Origin: an uncultured Nitrospinota bacterium
GTDB lineage: Bacteria; Tectomicrobia; Entotheonellia; J063; CAVPRW01
Assembly: GCA_963707985.1 (NCBI GenBank)
Contig: CAVPRW010000044.1
Coordinates: forward strand, 1-55,638
Direction: 5' to 3'
DNA: 55,638 nucleotides
The notes below the pieces were generated by a model. It was not told the DNA's origin. It saw nothing but the letters and a program-made list of their open reading frames with translations, and did not search any database. Shown here piece by piece: positions 11,405 through 21,141 of the stretch; the first letter of the stretch is position 1; every line of letters starts with the position of its first letter. A program made the position numbers and the translations under genes.

Positions 11405-11722
11405 ATGGATGAACGCAAACAGCTGGGCGCACGCATCAAGCACCTACGCCGGGTCCGGCAGGAGACGCAGGAGCGGCTCGCCGAACGGATCGACATCAAC
11501 CCGAAGTATCTGAGCAGCATCGAACGGGGTGAGGAAAACCCGACGCTCGACCTCTTGATCCGCGTGGCAAAGGGATTCCGGGTGGAGCTCTATGAACTGT
11601 TTATGTTTGACGCGGAAGATAGCCCTGACCAGTTGCGTCAGAAGCTTGCCGGTTTGCTCGCGGAGGTCCCAGCCGATGCGCTTCGGCAGATGGTCCGAGT
11701 CCTCGAAGCCCTGGTCCATTGA
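11405..11722 (+). CDS. XRE-family HTH transcriptional regulator
   Basis: LGARIKHLRRVRQETQERLAERIDINPKYLSSIERGEENPTL; GAGGAG RBS. Confidence 0.88.
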   Translation: MDERKQLGARIKHLRRVRQETQERLAERIDINPKYLSSIERGEENPTLDLLIRVAKGFRVELYELFMFDAEDSPDQLRQKLAGLLAEVPADALRQMVRVLEALVH

Positions 11723-11980
11723 GCGCACCTGATCGGGTGGGACCGACGGCCGAGCAGGGTGCAAACGCCGAAGACCAGCGGCACACCATGGGTCCGGAGG
11801 TCAGTTGAGCCACATCGCAGGAAGCTGAGGTGGTTGATGGCGGGAAGGTGATCGAAGGGACTGGAGTGGTCAAGGCGGGCTTCCGCGATAACAGGCGCCA
11901 GACCTGATAGGGACGGACAGGGGCCGTGTGATGGTGGCCCGTATCCATGGGTCCTCCATCACTCCCGATAGAGTCCTGTA

Positions 11981-12034
11981 TAACGAGTAAGAGTTTTTGT
12001 GTCGGCTGCGCGCCACAAAAACTCTTACTCGTTA
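11981..12034. repeat. Perfect 21-bp inverted repeat with a 12-nt loop and attC-like AAC/GTT ends
   Basis: TAACGAGTAAGAGTTTTTGTG (11981-12001) / CACAAAAACTCTTACTCGTTA (12014-12034). Confidence 0.9.
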
Positions 12035-12074
12035 GCCCCTTGTACAATAGGCAGTGCGCTCAAAGTCGGGCTGC

Positions 12075-12103
12075 TTGCCAATAGTACCTCAGAGTAGTAC
12101 CAT
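12075..12103 (+). promoter_or_regulatory. Putative sigma70 promoter of hicAB
   Basis: TTGCCA-N17-TACCAT, ending 7 nt before the hicA ATG. Confidence 0.6.
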
Positions 12104-12110
12104 TCTCCCT

Positions 12111-12365
12111 ATGAGAAGAATGCACCGAAGAACCCTGGAAGCGATCTTTGCGCATCCTGTCAGGGCCAATATCCTGTGGCGTGATATCGAGGCACTTTTC
12201 GTTGAGCTTGGGGCTGAGATCAGTGAGCGCGAGGGCAGCCGGGTTGCGGTGGTGCTGTTCGGAGAGGTCCGGGTCTTCCATCGTCCTCATCCAAGACCCA
12301 CCACTGATAAGGGGGCAGTGAACAGTATCCGTCACTGGCTACAGCAGCATGGGGTTGTGCCATGA
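12111..12365 (+). CDS. hicA: HicA-family mRNA interferase toxin
   Basis: HRRTLEAIFAHPVRANILWRDIEALF..GAEISEREGSRV..FHRPHP; ATGA overlap with hicB. Confidence 0.92.
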   Translation: MRRMHRRTLEAIFAHPVRANILWRDIEALFVELGAEISEREGSRVAVVLFGEVRVFHRPHPRPTTDKGAVNSIRHWLQQHGVVP

Positions 12366-12691
12366 ACATCATGTCGGTTGATGACTATCAGGCCAAGATC
12401 GAGTACGACGCGGAGCTTGATATGTTCCGTGGAGAGATCCTTGGCCTTCATGGGGGGGCTGACTTCTATGGGCGGACGCCAGAGGAGCTGCGGGCCGAGT
12501 TCCGTAAGTCGCTGCAGGTGTTCCTTGAGGTGTGCCGTGAGAAAGGCATTGAGCCTCGTCGGCACTATTCCGGCAAGTTCAATATACGGATTCCGCCAGA
12601 GCTGCATGAGCGCCTCGCCATTCTTGCGCAGGCCGAGGGTAAGAGCTTAAACACCTTGGCGCAAGAGGCCTTGCAAAGGGTTGTCCGGTAA
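12362..12691 (+). CDS. hicB: HicB-family antitoxin
   Basis: YQAKIEYD..FRGEILGL..DFYG..YSGKFNIRIPPELH..GKSLN (RHH tail). Confidence 0.92.
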   Translation: MNIMSVDDYQAKIEYDAELDMFRGEILGLHGGADFYGRTPEELRAEFRKSLQVFLEVCREKGIEPRRHYSGKFNIRIPPELHERLAILAQAEGKSLNTLAQEALQRVVR

Positions 12692-12723
12692 ACGCCGCCT
12701 GTGGTTGTGGCTGGCGGGTTTGG

Positions 12724-12788
12724 GGCTAACCAGGCGCTGCAGCGGACGGCGCACAGCGCCGCGCCGCCGCTGAGCTTGGCCGTTCGGC
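12724..12788 (+). other. attC site (integron cassette recombination site)
   Basis: GGCTAAC-CAGGCGCTGCAGCGGACGGCGC...GCGCCGCCGCTGAGCTTGGCC-GTTCGGC; imperfect palindrome between the hicB stop and the next ATG. Confidence 0.8.
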
Positions 12789-12809
12789 AGCAGTTGGCGG
12801 AATCATACC

Positions 12810-13729
12810 ATGGGATTGATTGAAGAGTTCATCAGCCGCTATCGCAGGGAGTACGACTTCTACGATCATGCAGCGCGCTCGGTGGCACAGCTGCTAGACA
12901 CGGCTCTTCAGAGCGCCGGCATCCGCGGCATGGTCACATTCCGGGCAAAGTCATCATCCCGCCTAGAATCTAAAGTTCGACAGCGTGCCGAGATGAAGAA
13001 CTACGCGAGTATCGACGACATCTACTCGGATATCGTCGACTTAGCAGGCGCGCGGGTTGCCCTGTATTTCCCGGCTGAACGCGACCAGGTTGAAAAGCTT
13101 ATTCGTGATCTATTCGTGCTAACAGACGCACCGAAGGAGTTCCCGGCCGGCTCGACGCCGAGCTACTCCTCAAGGGTCCGGCGCCGAACACCGCTCTGGG
13201 CCGAGTGGACCTCCTTTACGATCTGTTGGAACGGCTTGACTTGGTGACGCCTGAACGCCTTAATCCCTACCTTAGCGCGCTAAGCAGCGACACGGAACGG
13301 CGGCCGTTGGCCGAGCAGATAGTCGACCGGCTACTGGCTGAGGACGAATCAAGATACAAGGTGTATGAGGAGGTCAGAACCACGAGGGACAGGGATTCTC
13401 GTGGCTGGATGGAGCAAGAGCGTCTGATCGCACCTGACATACATGAGGCCATAGGCTTCTTTCTATCCCGATGGATTGAGTTAGAGAGGACGATCCGCGA
13501 GATCATATTCGAACGCACGGGTGAGCGCTCGGTAATGTTACCTACTAGCAAGGTCCTTGAGCGCCTTGAGGTGTCGAATGGCATGATCCGGTCGGAGATT
13601 GAGCGTATTCGTCGGCTGCGAAACAACCTTGTTCATGGCATCGAAGTTCCCAATGCGACTGACATTCGTGAGGCTGGTCAGCGCTTAGAGGCTATTCTGC
13701 CAGAACTTCGACGTGCTCTACATAACTAG
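12810..13729 (+). pseudogene. RelA/SpoT-like nucleotidyltransferase domain with a HEPN-like C-terminus; internally deleted and frameshifted
   Basis: RAKS..LESK..DIVDLAGARVALYFP at the N-terminus. The expected GY.A.H and EIQ motifs are absent after about 13167. The second frame ends with RRLRNNLVHG (Rx4H). Confidence 0.7.
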
Positions 13730-14402
13730 TGCTGGTGGTCGACGGGAAGCCGACGCTCGTCCCCAGATTGCTGTGGAGTTCATCGCAGAGCGGCAACGGG
13801 ACATCATCCATGGTGGATTTCTCGATCCAGATGTCGACGAGAGGGGGTTGGTCACTCGGCGCATACGTATGGCCGTCGATGATGTCGATGATCGGCAGCG
13901 ACGAGGAGACCACGGTGCTCAGATCGCTCTCGATCCAGGGCAGTCGCCAGTCATCCAGGTCGCTCAACTGAACGCGTAGCAATGCTTGCACGGGAGTCGG
14001 TGCCATATGGATGTGGGGTGGCGGGTTGCGATGGTCTTCAAACGCATCCGGTCGCACCAGGCCCAGGTCACGCGCATACTTTCCGGCGTCGCCCAAATAG
14101 TCCCAACAGGCCTCGGTGTTCTCATACGGCATGCCGTCGTGTTTGTGATAACCGTCTTCACCACTCACGAGGCGGTCGTGGACGCGCCGCAGATGTACCC
14201 CAGTGGTGTAGCCAAAGCGCGCCCAGAGATGGGCAAACCATTCGGCCTTGGCCCGTTGGGCGGGATTGCCGACATAGAAGGGATCGTTCGTTTCGGCCAG
14301 GACCAGCAGGTCCGCCACCCGGACCCCGTGGGATTTGGCGAGCGCTTTGATGACATCATACCCTCGGAACATTCGTGCACACTCCCTCGTGATCGACGAC
14401 AT
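13730..14402 (-). pseudogene. Truncated phage/IME-type protein with a TopoVI-A-like toprim motif
   Basis: NDPFY..AEWFA..VHLRRVH..IWIEKSTMDDV.LPLC..VGF; cut off at the 13729 junction. Confidence 0.5.
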
Positions 14403-14449
14403 TTCCGTGCCCTCAACATTTCCTCCCGAGAATCAGGAGCGGTGGGATG

Positions 14450-14576
14450 AAACTCACCAAACTCACCACGAGCGTGATAAGTGATTGACGCTATTAAGAT
14501 TTCGTGAGGTGAGTTTGTGGATACAGGCGCGGAATCGCTGGGGGAGTGAGGTGAGTCAGGTGAGTTTGGTGAGTTT
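14450..14576. repeat. Iteron-like inverted repeats around an AT-rich core (origin-like)
   Basis: AAACTCACCAAACTCACC (14450-14467) / GGTGAGTTTGGTGAGTTT (14559-14576); extra GGTGAGT units at 14508 and 14550. Confidence 0.7.
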
Positions 14577-15693
14577 GTGTCACTCAGGTCCGAGGCCCGC
14601 ACGAATTTTCAGCGCAGGTCATTGGCATGTTCACCGGCCGCGACTCGGGGCGATCACTTCCCCCTTAAGGAGATGGACGAGCCCATTGGTGTTTCGTAAC
14701 TTTTGAAATCCCTCCCCCCTGGCTGACACCTGGAAGGATAACCGGCTGACACGAAGTTCTGAGGGCTTGATGTGTCCGACTGCCTGGCGCCCATTCCCTC
14801 CGTCTGACATCTCAAGACATATTCTGTTACACCGGAAGCCATGGGTCAAGGCGGCGGCGTCCTGATTTGCGGCCCTCCATCTCCTGAAGGGTCAGGGACA
14901 GTCTGCCGTGATTGAGTCTTCCAAGCCTTGTCAGCATTTCTTGAAGAGCTATCGGAAGTTCTGCCGGCTATCGCCCGTTCTCACCACCTTGCAGAAGCCC
15001 ACAAGCGAATGCGGTAGGGGGATGGTAGGGTAGCGAACACTCGCGAGGACGAGGCAAGGGCGGAGTGAGTCGAATGGCCAGACACTGGCTGACGATCTCG
15101 AATACGTGCGAAACGCGTGTGCTCTTGACAGGTCAAATCAGCCCCACTACAATCGCCCCATCCTATCGTAATTGAGCGATGTCTCACGGCTATCACCGAG
15201 GAGGCTCCCCGATGCCTACCGGTCGTCCTCACTTTTCCCCCACCGCTCCCACCCTGACGCGCCTCCTCGCGCCAGGGCATTTCGTCCTAAGGCCGCAACT
15301 CCTCACACGCCTCTAAGCCTTGCTGTGGGCAGGGCGCCCTACCGGTCCTCATCAGCGCACCAACGATCGCATGCGAACATCGACGCCGTGCCGAGGAGAT
15401 TGGCGATCCTCGTCGTGCCGCTCGTCCGAACGGCGACCAGCGGTCATGATTGAGTCCCGGCCATGCCGCCGAAGCGCTCGGAGTAGAACAGCTTGCCGCA
15501 TCACCTCTGGAATATGGCCCTTATGCCGCAAGATTTCCCTATTAACAGCCCCTCTGGGAGGCGAGGTGAACATCCCCCGCAGGGCGGTTGGGAAGATGAT
15601 GTGGAAAACTTTCAATATCATGCATCGTTGGGCGTTATGAAGGCCCTATGGGGACTCGTCGCAGTTGGGATGCATTCTCAAGGAGGGAACATC

Positions 15694-16218
15694 ATGCAAC
15701 GACTTCGCCGTGTCGCCGTCACCACCCTCTCGCTGCTCATGCTCGGGGCTGTCCTGGTCGCGGACATTGCCGTCGCCCAGCCGCAGTCCCTGCAGGAGCA
15801 GCTCGTAGGCACGTGGACGCTCGTCTCGGAGGACATCGTGCGTCACGACGGCAGTAAAGACGCGTTGTTTGGTCCCCATCCGAGAGGCATGCTCATCTAC
15901 ACGAGTGACGGCCACTTTGCGCTGCTGCAAATGCGCGCTGACCTCCCCACGCTGGCGTCTCGTAGGCGCGATCAGGGCACGTCGGAGGAATACAAGGCCG
16001 TCGTGCAAGGATCGATCGCCTTCTTCGGCACGTATGCGGTCCACGAGGCCGAGAAGACGCTCACCTACCAGATCGAGGGCAGTACGTTCGCGAATCTTGT
16101 TGGCGGGCGCGAGCAGCAACGCCTGGTCACCTCCCTCACGGCAGACGCACTCACGCTCGTGAACCCGAGAACCCAATATGGGGTGAGGCTCGAGGAAGGC
16201 TGGAAGCGACCCAGGTAG
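15694..16218 (+). CDS. Secreted lipocalin-like domain protein
   Basis: AGGAGG RBS, signal peptide, LVGTWTLVS..FGPHPRGMLIYTSDG..IAFFGTY. Confidence 0.85.
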   Translation: MQRLRRVAVTTLSLLMLGAVLVADIAVAQPQSLQEQLVGTWTLVSEDIVRHDGSKDALFGPHPRGMLIYTSDGHFALLQMRADLPTLASRRRDQGTSEEYKAVVQGSIAFFGTYAVHEAEKTLTYQIEGSTFANLVGGREQQRLVTSLTADALTLVNPRTQYGVRLEEGWKRPR

Positions 16219-16535
16219 CGACGGGGTCGTCGCCCAGGCGACCGGTCAGTCGTCGCCAAGTGCGGCCCATTGGGCACCCCAGGGGGCGGGAGGCCACACC
16301 AAGTGGACACAGCCTAGGCATGCGACGCGGGTCCATGGGGGAGGGGGTCGCGTCACGCGCGGGAGCTTTCCCCAACAGGGGACGAGCCTTCCTCGTTGCG
16401 TGCCAACGCCTCGTCGCATGGCGTGTTTGTCTGGACGGTAAGGGCAGACATCGGGCGGGCGCACGCCACAGCATGGCCGGGGGGGCTCACAAGGGTAGGT
16501 TTTTTTAGACGCGACACTGACCCTGGGTCATTTCT

Positions 16536-16626
16536 CCCTCTCCCACCGGGAGAGGGCGGGGGTGAGGGGTCTTGTGCGATGACACCATCCAGCCCTCACC
16601 CTTACCCTCTCCCAGAGGGCGAGGGG
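16536..16626. repeat. REP-like palindrome doublet in inverted orientation
   Basis: CCCTCTCCCACCGGGAGAGGGCGGGGGTGAGGG followed by CCCTCACCCTTACCCTCTCCCAGAGGGCGAGGGG. Confidence 0.75.
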
Positions 16627-16683
16627 ACGAAAAACCTACCCCAGAAAGCCGGGGGGGGGCGTCACCAGCAAGGCAGAGCCAGT

Positions 16684-16769
16684 GCCCAACAGGGGCTTGC
16701 ACCTGACGGCCTCCAGCGTCCGCTCAGGCGCCGCTCCGGCATTCGGCAGCGGCTGACGCCCAGTCTGAT
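16684..16769 (+). other. attC-like site with a degenerate 3' core
   Basis: GCCCAAC..TTGCACCTGACGGCCTCCAGCGTCCGCTC..TTCGGCAGCGGCTGA; same family as the sites at 18929 and 20696. Confidence 0.65.
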
Positions 16770-16797
16770 CTCGGCGGGTGTGAAGGAGTACACGTCG

Positions 16798-17307
16798 ATG
16801 CACAATCAACACCTGGTGATTGATGACTCATGGTACCATCGACTGCCAGCCGCCAAGGATCGCATCGCGGCCGGCGGTGTGGTGCTGCGCCGGGAAGACC
16901 AGCGCGTGTATCTCGCCCTGGCACGAGAGGGAGACATCCTGCCATTTGTCCTCCCAAAGGACGGGGTTGATCCAGATGAACCGATCGAAGCGGCGGCCCG
17001 ACGAGAAATTCTCGAAGAAGTGGGCCTCTCCGACCTGCAGTTGATCGGTCCACTCGGCATGCTGGAGCGTCTGAGTTACGACAAACGCTATTGGATACAA
17101 GCCCACTATTTTCTCTTTACGACGAGCCAAAAAGACGGGATTCCGACCGACACCCAGCACCATGCCGCGGTCTGGTGGTTTCCCCTTGATGAGCTCCCGG
17201 TCATGCTCTGGCCGGAACAACGACGGTTGATTGACACCCATCGCGCCACGTGTGCAACGGTCTGTGTTGCCCGACAACGGGAAATCCCCAATCACATCGA
17301 CGGATAA
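16798..17307 (+). CDS. NUDIX hydrolase
   Basis: AAGGVV..LPKDGVDPDEPIEAAARREILEEVGL (Nudix box); AAGGAG RBS. Confidence 0.88.
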   Translation: MHNQHLVIDDSWYHRLPAAKDRIAAGGVVLRREDQRVYLALAREGDILPFVLPKDGVDPDEPIEAAARREILEEVGLSDLQLIGPLGMLERLSYDKRYWIQAHYFLFTTSQKDGIPTDTQHHAAVWWFPLDELPVMLWPEQRRLIDTHRATCATVCVARQREIPNHIDG

Positions 17308-17694
17308 GGATCGAGGTCTCTCGTGACAGAGGGATGAGGCACCAATGGTCCTGATCGTTCCCAGACGAATCTCTTGCAGAGAGGGGGATGGACACCCAGC
17401 ATGCCATCGCACGGGAGCCGACTGCCTCCAGCATCTGCTCCTCCGTCGCTCTCGCTTTGCGCGGCGGCTCATGTCTGGTATTGACATGATTTGCAGTGCA
17501 ACCGCTTGTGCCCAAACGTGCTCATGTGGGCGCCCATGTTGTCCAATTCATCGGACTGTTTGATGTGCGTACAGGGCACATCATCGGCTGTAGGTGCCTA
17601 GAAGGCTGAGGAACAGCTCCAGGACAGGAAAAGTCCACGGAGACAGCACCACGGCTCATACCGTGAGATGACCCAAGACACAGGAGGTAGCCCT

Positions 17695-18870
17695 ATGGCC
17701 CACTCGACTCTTGCTACCGTACGCGACCTCGCGTCCCTGATCGCTCAACATGCCGACGAGGCCGAGCGCGAGCGCCGGCTCGCGCGCCCGGTGGTTGACG
17801 CCCTCGTCAACGCCGGGGTCTTCCGCCTCCTCCTGCCCCCAGCCCTGGGTGGTGCCGGGGCCAGCCCGCTGGAGTTCTGCGATGTGGTCGAAACGATCTC
17901 GACCGTGGATGGCTCCACGGGCTGGTGCGTAATGATTAGCGGCGGCTATGGGCAATTCGCTGGACTGTTGCCCCCGCCGGCTGCCACCGACATCTTCAGT
18001 GATCCCTCGGCGGTGCTCGCCGGCACGTTCCGGCCCAACGGGGTGGCTCGGGCTGTCGAGGGTGGGTACCAGGTGAGTGGCCAGTGGCCGCTGGCCAGTG
18101 GCAGTTCCTATGCTACGTGGCTTCTCGGTGGCTGCCGCATCGTCGAGGGCGACCAGCCGCGGCTGACCCCGGCCGGGGGGCCGGAACTGCGGCTCGTGTT
18201 CCTGCCGGTGGGCGACGCCACGATCCTCGACACCTGGCACACGGCCGGCCTGCGGGGCACGGCCAGCCACGACTTCGTGCTCCGCGACCGCTTTATTCCC
18301 GCGCACCGGACTTGCTGGTTCACGCACGCGCCGACCCGGCCCGAACCGCTGTACCGGCTGCCGGCGGTCGCGGTGTTTACGGCCTGGATCGCGGCCGTGC
18401 CGCTGGGCATTGCCCGCCACGCCATCGCCGTGTTCACGGCCCTCGCGGGGGCGAAGACGCCGACCTGGTCGCAGGCCCTCCTGCGCGAGAAAGGCGCGGC
18501 CCAGCTGGCCGTGGGCCAGGCCGAGGGGTTGGTCCGCGCGGGGCGGGCGTTCCTGACCGAGACGCTCTGCGACGCCTGGGCGACGGTGACCGGTGGGGCC
18601 GCCTTGTCGTGGGAGCAACGCGGCTTGCTCAGGCTGGCCAGCACGCAGGCAGCGACCCAGGCCGTCCAGGCCGTCGAGCTGCTCTTTACGGCGGCCGGGG
18701 CGTCGGCAGTCTACACCAGCACCGGTCTGGAGCGCTGCCTGCGCGACGTGCGGACGGCAGCCCAACATATCACCGTGACACCAACGAACTTCGAGATCGC
18801 TGGCCAGCTTGCTTTGGGGCTGGACGTGCACCAGTCGATGTGGTCCATCGACGACCGGGGGGACGGCTAG
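17695..18870 (+). CDS. Acyl-CoA-dehydrogenase-fold flavin-dependent monooxygenase, oxygenase component (HsaA-like)
   Basis: AERERRLARPVVDAL..DGSTGW..GQWPLASG..DTWHTAGLRGTASHD..LERCLRD..QH; AGGAGG RBS. Confidence 0.88.
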   Translation: MAHSTLATVRDLASLIAQHADEAERERRLARPVVDALVNAGVFRLLLPPALGGAGASPLEFCDVVETISTVDGSTGWCVMISGGYGQFAGLLPPPAATDIFSDPSAVLAGTFRPNGVARAVEGGYQVSGQWPLASGSSYATWLLGGCRIVEGDQPRLTPAGGPELRLVFLPVGDATILDTWHTAGLRGTASHDFVLRDRFIPAHRTCWFTHAPTRPEPLYRLPAVAVFTAWIAAVPLGIARHAIAVFTALAGAKTPTWSQALLREKGAAQLAVGQAEGLVRAGRAFLTETLCDAWATVTGGAALSWEQRGLLRLASTQAATQAVQAVELLFTAAGASAVYTSTGLERCLRDVRTAAQHITVTPTNFEIAGQLALGLDVHQSMWSIDDRGDG

Positions 18871-18928
18871 TGCTCCTCGCCGCGCCAGACTGGAGAGGAG
18901 CTGCGGAGACCAGGGATCAACGCGGAGC

Positions 18929-19016
18929 ACCGAACCCAGCACTGCACCTGACGGCCTACAGCGTCGGCTCCTGCGTCGCTGCTGCGTTCGGCAGCGGCTC
19001 ATACCTGGCGTTGATG
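18929..19016 (+). other. attC site
   Basis: ACCGAAC-CCAGCACTGCACCTGACGGCCTACAGCGTCGGCTC..TTCGGCAGCGGCTCATACCTGGC-GTTGATG. Confidence 0.72.
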
Positions 19017-19182
19017 AGATGTGTATCGCAACCTCCTGTGCCGAGCGCCGTTCATGGTGGCGCACGTGATGTCCACACCATCACACCGTTTCATATGCGC
19101 GGAGGGCGCATCAGCGGGTCTCAACGTCCGCATGAGCCCTCGTCGATGTCTCCAGGTATGCCAGGTCAAGCGGAGGCCACCA

Positions 19183-19620
19183 GTGACAGCGGACCACGTC
19201 AACGTCTTTTTCTATGGCCTCTTCGTGGACATGGGCGTGCTCCAGCAGCGAGGCCTGGCCCCGCGCCATCCACAGGTTGGACGTCTTGACGGCGATGACA
19301 TCGACGTTCACGATCGTGCCACGTTGATTCGCAATCCAACGGCGAGGGTCTACGGTATCGTGACGGGGTTGACCCGTGAGGACCTTGGCACGCCGTATGC
19401 GGACCCCAGTGTGCGGGATGACCGTGCAGAAGCCGTCGTGGTCACCCTGGCGGCTGCCCGTCAAGTGTCGGCTTGGTGCGATACCCTGCCGCAGGCGCCC
19501 GGCGCCCGGCGGAATACGGTCTATGCGCCCAGACTCGTGGAGGTGGCGAGGACGCTCGCGTTCCCTGGAGACTATCTCGACAGACTCCAAAAGCTTACGC
19601 AAGAGGAGCCAATGCCGTAG
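19183..19620 (+). CDS. Gamma-glutamylcyclotransferase-family protein, probably decaying
   Basis: VFFYGLFVD..RATL..VYG..Y.DPSV.D.R.EAV; Asp at several positions where Tyr is expected; GGAGG RBS before the GTG. Confidence 0.65.
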   Translation: MTADHVNVFFYGLFVDMGVLQQRGLAPRHPQVGRLDGDDIDVHDRATLIRNPTARVYGIVTGLTREDLGTPYADPSVRDDRAEAVVVTLAAARQVSAWCDTLPQAPGARRNTVYAPRLVEVARTLAFPGDYLDRLQKLTQEEPMP

Positions 19621-19716
19621 AGATGATTGCTGCGGGTGCGCTCCCGCTTTCAGCGCGCCTGACGGCCAGCCGTGGGCCTGCGTGCATCATCCACGGTGCG
19701 ACCTGTCGGTCAGTGA

Positions 19717-20685
19717 ATGGAGGTGACCGTGCTCTACCCCGCCATCGAACCGTACGACCACGGCCTGTTGGATGTTGGCGATGGCCATCGGGTGTATTGG
19801 GAGGTCTGCGGCAACCCGCACGGCAAACCCGCGGTGGTCCTCCACGGTGGCCCTGGCTCAAGGTGTTCGACCGATGTCCGTCGCTCTTTCGATGCACAAG
19901 TCTACCGGATCGTGCTATTCGACCAGCGCGGGTGTGGCCGGAGCACGCCACACGCCAGTGACCTGCGCACTGATCTGTCGGTCAATACCACGGCACATCT
20001 CCTGGCCGATATGGAGCGACTTCGCCAGTCCCTGGGGATGGACCAATGGTTATTGTTTGGCGGTTCGTGGGGATCGACCCTGGCGCTCGCGTACGCCGAG
20101 CGACACCCGCACCGCGTCACCGAAATCGTCCTCGCCGGCGTCACCACGACCCGGCGATCCGAGATTGACTGGCTCTATCGTGGTGTGGCCCCGCTGTTCC
20201 CGGCACAGTGGGCACGCTTCCGCGCCGGTGTCCCACCCGCTGAACGTGATGGCGATCTCGTCGCGGCGTACCACCGCCTGCTGCAGGAGCCCGATCCGGC
20301 CATTCACAGGCAGGCGGCCAAGGAGTGGTACGCGTGGGAGTCCGCCTTGGTGTCGGTGGACCCCGAGGCCAACCCGGAGCCCCGGCGAGTGCAACCCGCC
20401 TTTCAGCTCGCATTTGCACGCCTCGTGACTCATTACTTTCACCACCACGCCTGGCTGGAAGAGGGGATACTGTTGCGACACGCGAGTGCGCTTGCACACA
20501 TTCCCGGCATCCTGATCCATGGCCGCCTGGACCTTGCGAGTCCACTCGTCACCGCGTGGGAACTGGCCCAGGCGTGGCCAACGAGCGAACTGGTGATCGT
20601 GAGGGGCGCGGGCCATGCCTCGACTGACCCCGGCATGAGCGAGGCCATCACGGCGGCCACGGACCGCTTCGCCACACGCCGCTAG
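19717..20685 (+). CDS. pip: Prolyl aminopeptidase (proline iminopeptidase)
   Basis: LYPAIEPY..GNPHGKPAVVLHGGPGS..FDQRGCGRSTP..FGGSWGSTLAL..HGRLD..AGH. Confidence 0.93.
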   Translation: MEVTVLYPAIEPYDHGLLDVGDGHRVYWEVCGNPHGKPAVVLHGGPGSRCSTDVRRSFDAQVYRIVLFDQRGCGRSTPHASDLRTDLSVNTTAHLLADMERLRQSLGMDQWLLFGGSWGSTLALAYAERHPHRVTEIVLAGVTTTRRSEIDWLYRGVAPLFPAQWARFRAGVPPAERDGDLVAAYHRLLQEPDPAIHRQAAKEWYAWESALVSVDPEANPEPRRVQPAFQLAFARLVTHYFHHHAWLEEGILLRHASALAHIPGILIHGRLDLASPLVTAWELAQAWPTSELVIVRGAGHASTDPGMSEAITAATDRFATRR

Positions 20686-20695
20686 ACTTCGGGTG

Positions 20696-20777
20696 GCGCC
20701 ACAAGGCGTTGCAGCCGATGGCCTCCAGCGTCCGCTGTGCTCCTCCTTTCGGGCGTGGCTCATCGTCAGCGTTGGGC
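20696..20777 (+). other. attC site (R'' AAC reads CAC)
   Basis: GCGCCAC-AAGGCGTTGCAGCCGATGGCCTCCAGCGTCCGCT..GGCTCATCGTCAGC-GTTGGGC, just after the pip stop. Confidence 0.7.
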
Positions 20778-20819
20778 GGCGAGGGAGATGCCGTCGCGTA
20801 TAACGACTGGAGGGCCACG

Positions 20820-20991
20820 ATGATCACGATCCACGGGTGCCAAGAAAGATGGCGTCATCCGCCATCATCGAGCGCGCCGCGACGGCACGGTGCGCGACAC
20901 CGTGATCTATAGCATCCTTGCGACGGAATGGCCTGACGTGAAGCGACATCTTGAGCTGCGGTTAGCCCGTCACGGAAGCGCGTCGAGCTGA
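20820..20991 (+). pseudogene. RimJ/RimL-type GNAT acetyltransferase remnant
   Basis: RBS and ATG at 20820, then out-of-frame GAKKDGVIRHHRARRDGTVRDTVIYSILATEWPDVKRHLELRL; most of the gene is deleted. Confidence 0.7.
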
Positions 20992-21004
20992 GTGTCAGCA
21001 TGCT

Positions 21005-21099
21005 GTCCAAACCAGCGCTTGCACCCGACTGCCGCAAACGTTGCTTGCGGTTCCCTCGTTGCTTCGCGCCTCGGCGGCGGCTGAAGCGCAGCGTTCGGC
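21005..21099 (+). other. attC site
   Basis: GTCCAAAC-CAGCGCTTGCACCCGACTGCCGC..GCGGCGGCTGAAGCGCAGC-GTTCGGC. Confidence 0.72.
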
Positions 21100-21141
21100 G
21101 GCATGGTGGTGACGATCCGTCGTGCACACGGCTCCGGGAGC

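Noticed and set aside
16798..17307. Calling the NUDIX gene mutT and linking it to the mutation bias
   Set aside because: Only the generic Nudix box is visible; substrate specificity cannot be inferred from it.
17656..19065. Long antisense ORFs (also 52294-54174, 44629-46257 and 28970-30583)
   Set aside because: Shadow ORFs of GC-rich genes on the opposite strand, with no recognisable motifs of their own.
16684..21099. Recurring GACGGCCT.CAGCGTC repeat as a CRISPR array or riboswitch
   Set aside because: The copies are kilobases apart, flank whole genes and have AAC/GTT-bounded palindromes, which fits attC better.
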